A stretch of DNA of 64,000 nt from Hydrolagus colliei. Taxonomy: Eukaryota. Positions 52,772 through 64,000 of the stretch are shown here, one piece after another; the first letter of the stretch is position 1, and every line of letters begins with the position of its first letter. A program made the position numbers and the translations under genes. Location: assembly GCA_035084275.1 (NCBI GenBank), contig CM068756.1, positions 14,694,001 through 14,758,000 on the forward strand, in the 5' to 3' direction. The notes beneath the pieces are model-generated. The model worked only from the letters and a program-made list of their open reading frames with translations. It was not told the origin of the DNA and did not search any database.

Positions 52772-52968
52772 GTAAGACATATTAAGGTTTTAATCAGACT
52801 TAAATTTTATTTTTACTTTAATCTAATACTTCAAAGAGTAGATTAACAGGTACCTGGTTGGCATGGCCATTGAAGTGATTTGAAGGATAAAGAATAAACC
52901 AATGCAATTTATTTTACTGCAATTTACATCGCATTTACATCGATGAGGAGAAATTTTTTATTACATCG

Positions 52969-53224
52969 CTGAGGAGAAATTTTTTCACTCAGCGAGTTGT
53001 TCGAATCTGGAATGCATTGCCTGAAAAGGTGGTGGAGGCTGATTCGATAACAACTTTTAAAAGGGAATTAGATCTTTATTTAGGGAGAACGGGTCTATTA
53101 GGCTATGGGGAGCGGGCAGGGCAGTGGGATTGAATCGCTCTTTTCAAAGAGCCGGCACAGACTAGATGGGCCGAATGGCCTCCTTTTGTGCCGTAAAATT
53201 CTATGATTCTATGATTCTATGATT
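52969..53224 (+). mobile_element. Short CR1 3' end in a gene D intron
   Basis: Near-identical to the 3' ends at 43310-43564 and 58387-58640; (ATTCTATG)n tail. Confidence 0.9.
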
Positions 53225-54281
53225 TAGAAATAGATAAGACCAAACTGGTGAATTTAATTAGATGTTTGTTTACAACAAAAGTACAGCGAATATCTCAAGT
53301 ATTGGCAGAAAAGTGCATATAGAAATTTTAGAATTTATATCAAACATGTCTTGTTTGGTGGCATTTACATTAGTGGTGAGTGTAAATATTGCAGAAATAT
53401 TCTGGCAAAATCTGACATCAAAAAATGTTTCATTTAAAAAATTTAACCAAGACAAATAAAGCAGGAAATCAGGTTGGAAATATAGACAGAAAGGGATTAT
53501 AATCAGTTCATGTCGTTTTTCAGTCTGAGAAGGAGCAAAATACACTGGTTGTTCTCATTGTCTTTTATCAATGCCTGTCATGAACACAATAAAAATAACG
53601 ACACCGACTTGCGGCCCATGTCCTCTACCATTGCAAACTCCGTGATCCCATCTCCCCCATCCTTGCCTGACTCCATTGTCTCCCCAGCATCCAGAGGATC
53701 CAATTCAAGATCCTGGTCCTCATATTTAAAGACCTCTACTACCTCGCCCCACCCTACATCCGTGACCTCCTATCCTTTTACCAACCTGCAATCCATATCC
53801 CAATCCCATAAAATCGGTCACTCAATCCACAACTGTTTGTGGGACACTGCTTTGCGCATTTGACTGCTGCTTTTCACCCACAAATGTACAGTCAAGTCAC
53901 TTTACAGTATATAATGTGAAGTGCTTTGAGATGTCTAGAAGATGTGAAAAGGCGCTATATCAAATGCAAGGATTATTATTATTATACAAAAGTGGAACTC
54001 ACAGCCTAATTTGGATATATTTTAGGTTGGTGTTTCTCCATGTGTCAGATACCAGGCTCACCAAAAACACATGATGTCTGGGTTGTTTTAAATTATTTTA
54101 CATGTAATGGTAAAGGAAGATTGATGCTGCCCTTGTCCTGCACCTTGTTTTATATTTGATAAAGTGTCCCAGAAAGCTCTTGGGCAACCAAATCACTTGC
54201 GTTTATTCACCTGTTTCCTGGGAATATAAACAACTTGAAAATTGGCTACACATTTCACTTTTTGAATTTCTTTCATTTCAG

Positions 54282-54325
54282 GATCACACAGGAAGCTGAA
54301 TGGATGTGACATTCGTACAGATCAG
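54282..54325 (+). CDS. Gene D short cytoplasmic exon (GSHRKLNGCDIRTDQ)
   Basis: 44 nt phase 1-0, homolog of 11410-11453. Confidence 0.8.
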
Positions 54326-55023
54326 GTAAAGTACAGATTTAATTCAAGAAGATGTTTCTGTGTTATGATTGAATAAGATCCTTGGTGCTATAATGACGTC
54401 CGAATATTTTGAACAGGGACTGGATATTCTTACCATTGTTAACATCGAATGCTGCATTTATTCTTTTCTATTTCTTACAATTCTTGTCCCCTTCACTGTG
54501 TCATTCATATATTCCCCCTAAGCTATCGATATGCTTAATACATGGCTCAATGTGCAATACAACACTGTTGCATAAATCTGCATAAAACGATGCAAGTGAT
54601 ATGTTAATACTGTATTTGAAATATAGCTGCTGATGTTTATTTCTATTTCAATAGCCTGAGATTTGTACATTAAACAAATATGGGACTGTATTATATGATG
54701 TTTAATGCACAGACATGAGCAGTGTGTTTAAAATGGGCCTGAAAATATTAGCTGTACTTTGAGGTACAGTAAACTACAGGTCCAAGACTCTTCCTCGACT
54801 CCTTTCAGGCCCAACTGAATGCGAGGTTTGGTGAGAGATGAATGCATACCTGTATCTGGGTCTCCAATACAGATTCATTGCATTTAGCCGGTCTCCCCGC
54901 AGATTATATAACAAGCCAAGTTTCAAGTTCCAAATTAATATTTAGATACTGCATTGCTTAACCAACAGTGGAGCCCAGTGAAGACCAGGAACCAACCAAG
55001 TAACCTCACCTTGTGTTTTACAG

Positions 55024-55110
55024 AAAGTCCATGAAACAATGTATGAGACAGTGGGATATGTCCCATCTGATTTGAAAACACATCCACAGGAATTGGTAGT
55101 AGGTGCTAAG
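55024..55110 (+). CDS. Gene D cytoplasmic exon with ITSM TMYETV
   Basis: ttttacag| acceptor, AAG|GTACAT donor, 87 nt phase 0-0. Confidence 0.65.
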
Positions 55111-55648
55111 GTACATACAATCATGATACACACCCTTTATAACTAATATGATATTCTGCTATATTACATAAAATTAAACTGATATTTATTCTTTAGAATA
55201 AAGTTGATTGTGGAATGCAACAGCTTTTCCTCCTCCTAAAATTTTTCCTCTCCTCAGACGCTTGTCTGGATTCAGTTTCTTTTGCAAATTAGTGCACAAA
55301 TAGTCCAAATAATCATTCTTCATGTGTCAGATGAGTCAGTTAGTATGGCAAAATATGTGACACTGGAGAGATCACCAATTGAATATGTCCATAGTGAGAT
55401 TAATAACCACTTCTCACTGGCCAATTAACACTGCCCACAAACTAAGAGATACCAATTCTATTTGCATTTATCACGGCATAAAAAGGAGACTGATGACTGG
55501 GATCTCTGGCTTTATAAATCTGAGTTTAGCATTGAGTGGTGCTTTACTGGATGAGAAATAGGGTGCGAAGTTTTAAATAGTTACTCGAGATTTCTAAATG
55601 CTGACAAAATGAATTAGTAACTGGAAATCTCAACCTTTATCTTTACAG

Positions 55649-55852
55649 ACCAAACAAGTAGCAGCCGGTAACATGTTGACATATACAAATTTGAACTTGT
55701 CTGGCTCCAACACAAAGGAAAAGAGAAATCCTGAATGCAGTGATAGTAAAACAGAGTATGCCCAGGTACACGTGAGAAAACACGCAGCAGCACAACAGAC
55801 CACATACAAGGAACCAACCGTAGCAGAATGCTACAACATAGGTGGAAGCTGA
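55649..55852 (+). CDS. Gene D terminal exon with ITIM LTYTNL and ITSM TEYAQV
   Basis: ctttacag| acceptor, open to TGA; motif order resembles the SIRP-alpha ITYADLNL...TEYASI pair; a possible internal donor at 55766. Confidence 0.8.
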   Translation, partial: TKQVAAGNMLTYTNLNLSGSNTKEKRNPECSDSKTEYAQVHVRKHAAAQQTTYKEPTVAECYNIGGS

Positions 55853-56749
55853 TTGCTGCATGTTGGTACCATTCTGTGATACAGATCATATCAGACCTGC
55901 TTTGTCAATCTAGCATATTTCAAACATAACTGTACATATTTGCGACTTTACCTTTTCTTCCCATCCTTACGTGGCCCCCATCCCCCAGAGGAGTTCCAGA
56001 TACTCATCTTCAATTTTAAATCGCTACACCATCTTACCCCCCTATCCCCACCACCTCTGCAACCTTCTTTAACAATAATAATCTGACCTTCCATCAGATC
56101 AGCAAGTACTGACATGCTTTATGCTCCCTGTGGCACGATCGGCAGTGGGGCTTTCAGCCTGTCTGCTTCCGCTCTCTGGAACGCCAACCAGAAGTCCATT
56201 TACCTTGTACCTTCCCTCAACTCATTCAAGACTTTGGTCAGTTTCAGTTGCTTAACCTCACACTTTCATCGGCCCCTTCTCCTCCCAAACCTTGGGACAG
56301 CTGCAAATCCTCGATAGTTCATTACCTTGGGATAATATCCCTCTGACTTGAAATATTCTACATAAATGCAACTTGTTGTTGCTGTATTTTTATAAAAGAA
56401 GTGTAAGAATATATTACTGGTTAGGCCCTATTATGCTACTTCATTGTAGGGAACGGCGATATGGGATTTTTCCGGATATGGATATATCGGTTTGCTCATA
56501 CCTGCTTAAATCGATCTATCGAGTTTTTATACTGCGCATGCGCGTGCATTCGAAGTGCGCGTGCATTGATGGCGCGCGCGCATTTATGGTGCGCGCTCAG
56601 TCGCGGTGCGCGCGCATTGACGGTGCGTCCGCACTGACGATGCGCGCGCAGTCGCGGTGCACGCACATTTCGAAATGCGTGCTCTAGGTCCAGAAAGTTT
56701 GTAATGTTGGTGTCAAGGTCTGTTGAATTATACGATGTTGTTTGCTCCC

Positions 56750-57570
56750 TACCTCCCCCTCTCCTTCTCTCGCTACCTCCTTCTCTCCCTCCTCTCCTCT
56801 TCTCTCCCTCCCTCCCCCCTCTCCTTCCCTCCCTCCCCCCTCTCCTNNNNNNNNNNNNNNNNNNNNNNNNNNNNNNNNNNNNNNNNNNNNNNNNNNNNNN
56901 NNNNNNNNNNNNNNNNNNNNNNNNNNNNNNNNNNNNNNNNNNNNNNNNNNNNNNNNNNNNNNNNNNNNNNNNNNNNNNNNNNNNNNNNNNNNNNNNNNNN
57001 NNNNNNNNNNNNNNNNNNNNNNNNNNNNNNNNNNNNNTCCTTTCCCCTCGCTCCTTCTCTCCCTCCTTTCCCCCTCTCCTTCTCTCCCTCCCTCTCCTCT
57101 CTTCCTCTCTCCTTCTCTCCCAACTTTCCCCCTCTCCCTCCCTCCCCTCTCTCCTTCTCTCCCTCCTTTCCCCTCGCTCCTTCTCTCCCTCCTTTCCCGC
57201 TCTCCTTCTCTCCCTCCCTCTCCTCTCTTCCTCTCTCCTTCTCTCCCAACTTTCCCCCTCTCCCTCCCTCCCCGCTCTCCTTCTCTCCCTCCTTTCCCCT
57301 CGCTCCTTCTCTCCCTCCTTTCCCCCTCTCCTTCTCTCCCTCCTTTCCCCCTCTCCTTCTCTCCCTCCCTCTCCTCTCTTCCTCTCTCCTTCTCTCCCAA
57401 CTTTCCCCCTCTCCTTCTCTCCCTCCCTCCCTCGCCTCTCTCCTTCTCTCCCTCCTTTCCCCTCGCTCCTTCTCTCCCTCCTTTCCCCCTCTCATTCTCT
57501 CCCTCCCTCCCCTCTCTTCCTCTCTCCTTCTCTCCCAACTTTCCCCCTCTCCTTCTCTCCCTCCATCTCT
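56750..57570. repeat. Polypyrimidine/polypurine low-complexity tract with assembly gap (N at 56847-57037)
   Basis: Almost pure C/T on the + strand with recurring roughly 120-bp higher-order units. Confidence 0.9.
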
Positions 57571-58386
57571 AAACACAAAATAGAACACACACACACCAAA
57601 AACAAAATCTGGAGATTTATTCTCCTCCATTTCTTGCTTGAAAGTAGCATGTAATGTCCACGTGTAAATGAGATCTATTACAATAGAAAAGAGAGAGACA
57701 GACAGTCTGACTGTTAGAGTTAGAAGCCAGATTATCACTGCTGTGTGTGTCTGACTAGACACACACATAGAGGCAGTGATAGTTTGGCTTCTAACTCTCT
57801 CACACACAAAAATAACACTTACAGCCACAAAATGCCACTTATTTTTATGTAGTCTGAAGTCTGAATTAATGTCCTTCGCCATTGGCAAGCTCTCCTTTGC
57901 TATGCAAAAAGTGACAGCGTTCGTGATACTTTGCCACTTTTTGTCCCCTCTCTGGTACAATGTTCTCCTCTTAAATAAAGCAGGAATTGTTTGAGCTGCA
58001 CTGGCCCCACTACCTGTCGCTTTCTCCGAAGCGCTGGTTCGACTTCCTGCTGTTGTCGACAATGATTTCGCTCTGAGGGCAGCGTGCTGGGCGGGGTGGT
58101 GCTGCTTAATGTGATGTCGCAGGTTGCTCGTGCTCGAATCAGATGTCTTAACCAAGACCTTGCAAACTGTACATCTATACACACCATTACTGACTGCATT
58201 GTTTTCAAAGTAGTTTTTCCCCATGATGAGAAAGGTAAATTTTCAAACTACAACTTTCAGCGATGCGACTTTGTTAAGACGCCACGACTCACGTCGAGTA
58301 TACGCAGTAAAGTGTGCGTGCGCATCGGATGTGCGCGCCCGTTAATTGTGCGCGCGCACCGAATGTACGCGCATTCCATGCTCTAG

Positions 58387-60450
58387 ATAGAATCATAGAA
58401 TCATAGAATTTTACGACACAAAAGGAGGCCATTCGGCCCATCTAGTCTGTGCCGGCTCTTTGAAAAGAGCGATTCAATCCCACTGCCCTGCCCGCTCCCC
58501 GTAGCCTAATATACCCGTTCTCCCTAAATAAAGATCTAATTCCCTTTTAAAAGTTGTTATCGAATCAGCCTCCACCACCTTTTCAGGCAATGCATTCCAG
58601 ATTCGAACAACTCGCTGAGTGAAAAAATTTCTCCTCAGCTCCCCTCTACTGCGCCTTGAAACTATTTTAAATCTGTGACCACGAGTCACAAATTCACCCA
58701 CGAGTGGAAATAGTTTTTCTCTATTTGCCCTGTCGAAACCCCTCATGATCTTATAAACCTCTATTAGGTCTCCCCTCAATCTTCTCTGCTCCAGAGAGAA
58801 TAACCCTAGCCTATCTAGCCTCTCCTCATAGCTGAAGTCCCTCAATCCTGGCACCATCCTAGTAAATCTTCGTTGTACCCTTTCCAATGCCTTCACATCC
58901 TTTCTGTAGTGTGGTGACCAGAATTGAACACAGTATTCCAGCTGAGGCCTCACCAAAGTCCTATAGAGGTTAGTCAGCACTTCCTGACTTTTGTACTCTA
59001 TACCCCTATTTATAAAGCCTAGTATCCCATATGCCTTCTTAACAGCCTTGTCTACCTGTCCTGCCACCTTCAACGAGTCACTAACACAAATCCCCAGGTC
59101 TCTCTGTTCCTTTACACCATTTAAAATTGTACTATCTAGCCTATATTGCCTCCCTTCATTTCTTCTCCCAAAATGCATCACCTCACACTTCTCTGCATTA
59201 AACTTCATCTGCCATGTGTCTGCCCACTTTACCAATTTGTCTATATCCTCTTGCAGATGGCTACTATCCTCCTCACTGTTTACTATTCTCCCTAACTTAG
59301 TGTCATCTGCAAACTTGGAAACTGTACTCCGTCCACCCAAGTCCAGATCATTGATGTAGATTACAAACAGCAATGGTCCCAAAACCGATCCATGTGGCAC
59401 ACCACTGCTCACTTCCCTCCAATCTGAAAAACAGCCGCTCACTACAACTCTCTGCTTTCTGTCTCGCAGCCAGTTGTGGATCCACGCTGCCACTGCCCCT
59501 TTTACGCCATGGGCCTTTAATTTCATAATAAGTCTCTCATGTGGCACTTTGTCAAATGCCTTTTGAAAGTCCATGTAAACTACATCAACTGCGCTACCAT
59601 TATCCACCCATTCCGTTACCTCATCAAAACATTCTATCAGATTTGTAAGGCAAGATTTGCCTTTAACAAATCCATGTTGACTGTCCTTTATTAGCCTATA
59701 TCTTTCTAAGTGAAGATCTACCTTGTCCCTGATTATGGACTCTAGAAGTTTGCCCACTACCGACGTTAGACTGACTGGTCTGTAGTTACCAGGCTTGTCC
59801 TTCTGCCCCTTTTTATACAAGGGAGTAACATTAGCTATCCTCCAGTCCTCTGGCACGACCCCTGTGTCCAAGGAAGATTGAAAGATCATGGCCAGAGTCC
59901 CTGCTATTTGCTCCCGTGCCTCACTTAGTAACCTAGGGTGCATCCCATCCGGACCAGGTGACTTATCCACCTTGAGCGACGTCAACCTTTTTAGTACTTC
60001 CTCTCTGGTTATAATTATTCTATCCATTTCTCCTACCCTCTCCTCTAATACCATGGCATTGGCTGTATCCTTTTCTTTTGTGAAGACAGAGGCGAAGTAC
60101 TCATTCAGTACATCAGCCATGCCCTCTGCCTCCACAATGAGATTTCCTCCTAGGTCCCTAATTGGCCCCACCCTCTCCTTGACCAACCTTTTACTCTTAA
60201 TATGTTGGTAAAAAACCTTAGGGTTCCCCTTAATCTTACTCGCTAATTGTTTTTCATGCAGTCTCTTTGCCCCTCTAACTTCCTTTTTGGTTCTATCCTA
60301 CACTTCCTATATTCTGCTTTGTTCCCTTCTGAATTTTGAGCCTGACACTTATCATAAGCCTCTTTTTTTTGTTTTATTTTGGCCCCGATTTCCTTAGTCA
60401 TCCAGGGAGGTTTGGATGCCTTACATTTCACCTTTGTGGGGATGCTTTTG
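58387..60450 (-). mobile_element. Young 5'-truncated CR1 LINE, open RT ORF 58474-60186 (570 aa)
   Basis: KSPGPDGMHP, NYRPVSLTS, YMDFQKAFDKV, GVPHGSVLGP, FADDTKL; (ATTCTATG)n tail. Confidence 0.95.
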
Positions 60451-61929
60451 ACCTGTGAGGTTGCAATGAGATCTAGGAGGTTGCAATGCCGGCGACAAGT
60501 TAAGCTGGAAAAGATCGCATTACATTGATAATACCAACAATATTGATATATTGCCAGGAACGATATTAAAAATATATCGATGTATATTTTTAAAATCGAT
60601 TCTCTCGATATAACAGTTTTTTTAGAATCACCATATCGGCATACCGATCTGAAAATCATATCGGGTTTAATCAAAAAACCGATTAATCGCCGTTCCCTAC
60701 TTCATTGCTTAAAAACAAGTCATGTTTAGAAGAACAACAACAAAATTACAGACGGGAGCATGTTGGGGAAGCCAGTTTGTGTCGATTTAATCCAAATCTT
60801 AGAATTTCTCAAAATCTAACTATGAATGCTTTATGCAAACATGGCTGAAACTATAACATAAGTACCAATAAAACTATGTAATCTTCTTAAAAGCAATTGA
60901 TATAACAGTGCAACTTTTCAATCAACCATTTAATAAAGAATAATAATCCATGCATTTCATGTAGTTATAACCTTATCACATCATGCAGACATTTCAAAGC
61001 ACTTCACAGTATCCTCATTAGTTAAATAAGAACATTGAAGTTAGTATCATAGAAATGCCATAGATTAATAAGATATGTTTATATGTAAATATGTTTTCCT
61101 GATGACATTCAAACAATAATAAATAACTACACACAGAGTAACTCAAACAGAAGCTGACATTGATATTGGGTGCATAATCTTGAACCAAAATATAAAACAC
61201 ATAAACGATTTTCCAAAGAAATGTCTAAAGGACTAAGCTAAAGTTCTCAGTTGAAGATTGGTGAACTATATACGTTCTAAAGTGATTACAAACTGGTTTT
61301 ATAAAGTGTTGTCAGAGGGAAACTGGTAATAAGAAGTTATTATTGCAATATATATTTATTTAATCAAAGATAGTGGTATTTTTGCTTCAATATTTAAAAA
61401 TGGTTATTTTACCTGAAAGTGTTTCTAAATTAAATCTATAGTAATAAAGATGGAATGTCTATCTGTATGTCTATTTGCCAATAACACAATAACAGATTGA
61501 CATAAATACATGATTTTGTACCTCATTGGAAAGGTCTTGGACTTTTTTTAAGGAAAATATCCTATCGTTGATGACCTATGACCTACAAAAGATCATCACC
61601 TTTTGCTTTACATGTGGAGCAGCTTTTCTTAAGGTGTGCACACAGGGTTTACAGCATGTAAAATAGTTTATGAGTGGCTTCACTGACAAATCCCAGAACT
61701 AAAAATAAGCATACAAACATTATGCCAACTGTATCCACAATTGTTCATGAGACAATACAAAAATGTGTGTTACTGTAACACAAGAGAATTATATGTCTGG
61801 ACGAGTTCAATCACACATTTTTATAAAATTTCCAAGAAGTGAAGATTAAGCTTTTCAAGGACAAATAAAAATGCCAGGTGAAAAAGAGAAGGATGATTAA
61901 ATGAAACTGAAAAACAAAGAACATCACGG

Positions 61930-63850
61930 TTGGACTTGGACACAGAAAGGTATACAAATAATGGCATAATGAATTGCGCGCTCAAACAACAGCACGACAG
62001 GACTTCAATCCTCAAAGAAGCGCAAGATCACAGCAAAATGAGTTGCCCACTAAAAGAACAGCCCAGCAGGACAGAAAACAGGAAAATGGCGCTCACCAGC
62101 AGAGGTCACTCCATTCAGTTGTGCTCAACTATGATTCAGGTAGAGACTACCCATCCTATTGGGAATATGTCAAATATATGTGCCCACTGTGGAGCCATGA
62201 AATGGGCAATAGAAGTTCCTTCCATGTATTGCTTGCTTGGCAAGGTGGAACCGGAGTGACTCACAGAGCCAACAACAACAACAATTTACATTTATAGAGC
62301 GCCTTTCACGTCGGGAGGACGTCCCAAGGCGCTGAACAGGAGGCGTGTGACCCGAGCTGGGAGGGGAGTGTTTGGGAAGGGGTGAAACACGAAGGGGAGG
62401 TAAAAGAGTTCGGGGCGGAACAAAAGGCACGATCGAAGAGGAAAGTCTTCAAACCGGCCTTGAAAGAGGAAAGGGAAGAGACGAAACGGAGGGATTGAGG
62501 GATGGCATTCCATAAGGTGGGAGCGGAGAAACTGAAGGCCTGGCCTCCAATGATGGGGCGGTTCGGGCGGGGGGCTTGGAGCAGGCCAAGTCCTGTTGAA
62601 CGGAGGGTCCGGGTGGGCGTGTAGGGGGAGAGTAGATCGGTTAGGTAGGATGGGGCAAGGCCGTGTAAGGCCTTGTAGGTGAGGACAAGGATCTTAAACT
62701 CGATCCTCTGGAGGATGGGGAGCCAGTGGAGACGGGCGAGGGTGGGGGTTATGTGGTCGCGGAGGCGGGTGCGGGATAGTACACGGGCTGCAGAGTTTTG
62801 GATGGCCTGCAACCTATGAATGGAGGAACTGGAGAGGCCGACTAGGAGAGAATTTCCGTAGTCCAGCCGTGAGGTGAAGTATGCATGCACGAGTGTTTCG
62901 GCAGCGCGGGGGGTAAGATAGTTGCGGAGCCTGGCAATGTTGCGTAGGTGGAAATAGGCGGTGCCGGTCAAGGCGCGGATGTGGGGGAGGAAGGAAAGTT
63001 TTTGATCGAACATGATGCCGAGGTTCCTGATTGGCTTTGTGAGGTGGAGAGTGCAACCTTGGATATTGAGGCTGGCAGCGCCCGATGTGCGGAGGCGCTG
63101 GCTTGAGCCAATCAGGAGGGCCTCGGTCTTATTCACGTTCAATTGCAAAAAGTGTTCATGTGTGGAGAAGATGAGCCTCAGGACAAACATGTGAATCTAT
63201 ATACAGTACATGGTGGCTCTGCAAATGGGGCTAATGCCAATCTCCTTCTGGAAATTTGGGATAGCAAAATTCCAGTGAATCCAAAGATGGCCAAATTGAG
63301 AGTCCCAAAGGTTGTGGGGGGATTGTTCAAGATACAGCAGAGCTCAAAAGCAAACCTGAACCTCATCCACAACATCACAAATCATAGTGTTTGTATGAAC
63401 GAACAATCCTTGCTCCAAAAAATGAGTATCCCAGTGAGATCAATTCCCAGCGACCCAATGCCATTTCTAGCCAAAAAAACTGTACAAGTCCATACGTTTC
63501 TGACAATGAAAATGCGATTAAAATGCGATTTATCCAACAGAGTTTTCAAACTCTTTGGAGTCACGTGGTATGTCTCCACACAAACCTATACTGAAGGTTG
63601 GATGATAATCATGCTGCTAATGTATCTAGATGCACCAAAGCTATGCGGTTGTTGGTAAACCAATTAATGCCACATATTACAGAAGCAACTATTCTGATGG
63701 ATCAGTTCAAAGGGGAAGATATATTCATTATTCACATCTGAACGCTCCAAAGTGACTGCCCATTTGAATTCAAAAGGCTACAATTCCCTGTTCAAATGTG
63801 CTCTACCATGACAATTAACAAAGCACAGGGGCAGAATTCAAAGGTTGTTT
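61930..63850 (+). mobile_element. Helitron remnant (N-terminal Zn finger + PIF1 helicase), interrupted by L2
   Basis: IGNMSNICAHCGAMKW.....YCLLGKV (62150-62250); ERTILAPKNE, EFSNSL..G.SPH..LKVG, LDAPKLC, FEFKRLQFPV..TINKAQGQ (63390-63840). Confidence 0.85.
62270..63150 (-). mobile_element. Young 5'-truncated L2 LINE
   Basis: Open ORF2 C-terminus (LNVNKTEALLIG, RNLGIMFD, RLDYGNSLL, LHWLPILQRIEFK), (GTT)n tail. Confidence 0.92.
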
Positions 63851-64000
63851 TTGTCTACATAGAAGCCTTGCAATAACTCGAGTATTTGCTGGATCACACA
63901 GTAAACCCCTTCAGTACGCATAGCAGAATGGGGTCAATTTCCACATGTACACGGATGACACCCAATTCTATCTCTCTGCCTCCATCCTCGATTCCAGGAC

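Larger units (their letters stand above)
56447..60699 (-). mobile_element. hAT DNA transposon (BED-finger, Ac/ZBED-like), deleted, with a nested CR1
   Basis: 14-bp TIRs tagggaacggcgat / atcgccgttcccta; exact 8-bp TSD CTTCATTG (56439-56446, 60700-60707); BED finger YRCTVCK...STSNLRHHIKQHH at about 58080-58224. Confidence 0.92.

Noticed and set aside
8301-55852. Assigning SIRPA/SIRPB, NCR3 or NCR3LG1 gene symbols
   Set aside because: Architecture is SIRP-like but has one C1 rather than two; orthology cannot be established without phylogeny or synteny
56684-57654. Long R/E/G-rich and P/S/L-rich ORFs
   Set aside because: By-products of a stop-poor C/T tract spanning an N gap

Overview
Vertebrate genomic DNA, probably a cartilaginous fish (inferred from the tRNA-derived Deu-type SINEs with L2 tails plus young L2 and CR1 LINEs). 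The core is a tandem + strand cluster of four non-rearranging Ig-superfamily receptor genes with leader / V (germline J-like G strand) / C1-set / TM / cytoplasmic exons, most similar in architecture and motifs to SIRP (signal-regulatory protein) receptors. I reconstructed the exons by hand from splice sites and reading frame. Gene A (8301-20935, 382 aa) looks inhibitory, with ITIM/ITSM-like tyrosines. Gene B (28816-29371) is a pseudogene with a Trp->stop, truncated by a hAT element. Gene C (32953-36591, 269 aa) looks activating, with an Arg in the TM and a short tyrosine-free tail. Gene D (48318-55852) has intact leader, V, TM and ITSM/ITIM/ITSM exons, but its C1 exon is frameshifted and lacks a donor; skipping it is in frame (271 aa, V-only). 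The rest is dense with mobile DNA: a young ERV with near-identical 590-bp LTRs, two hAT elements, a Tc1/pogo-type MITE, a Helitron remnant, many L2/CR1/SINE copies, and several unusual foldback inverted repeats. Repeat boundaries are approximate, exon models lack transcript support, and family names come from motif recognition, not database searches.
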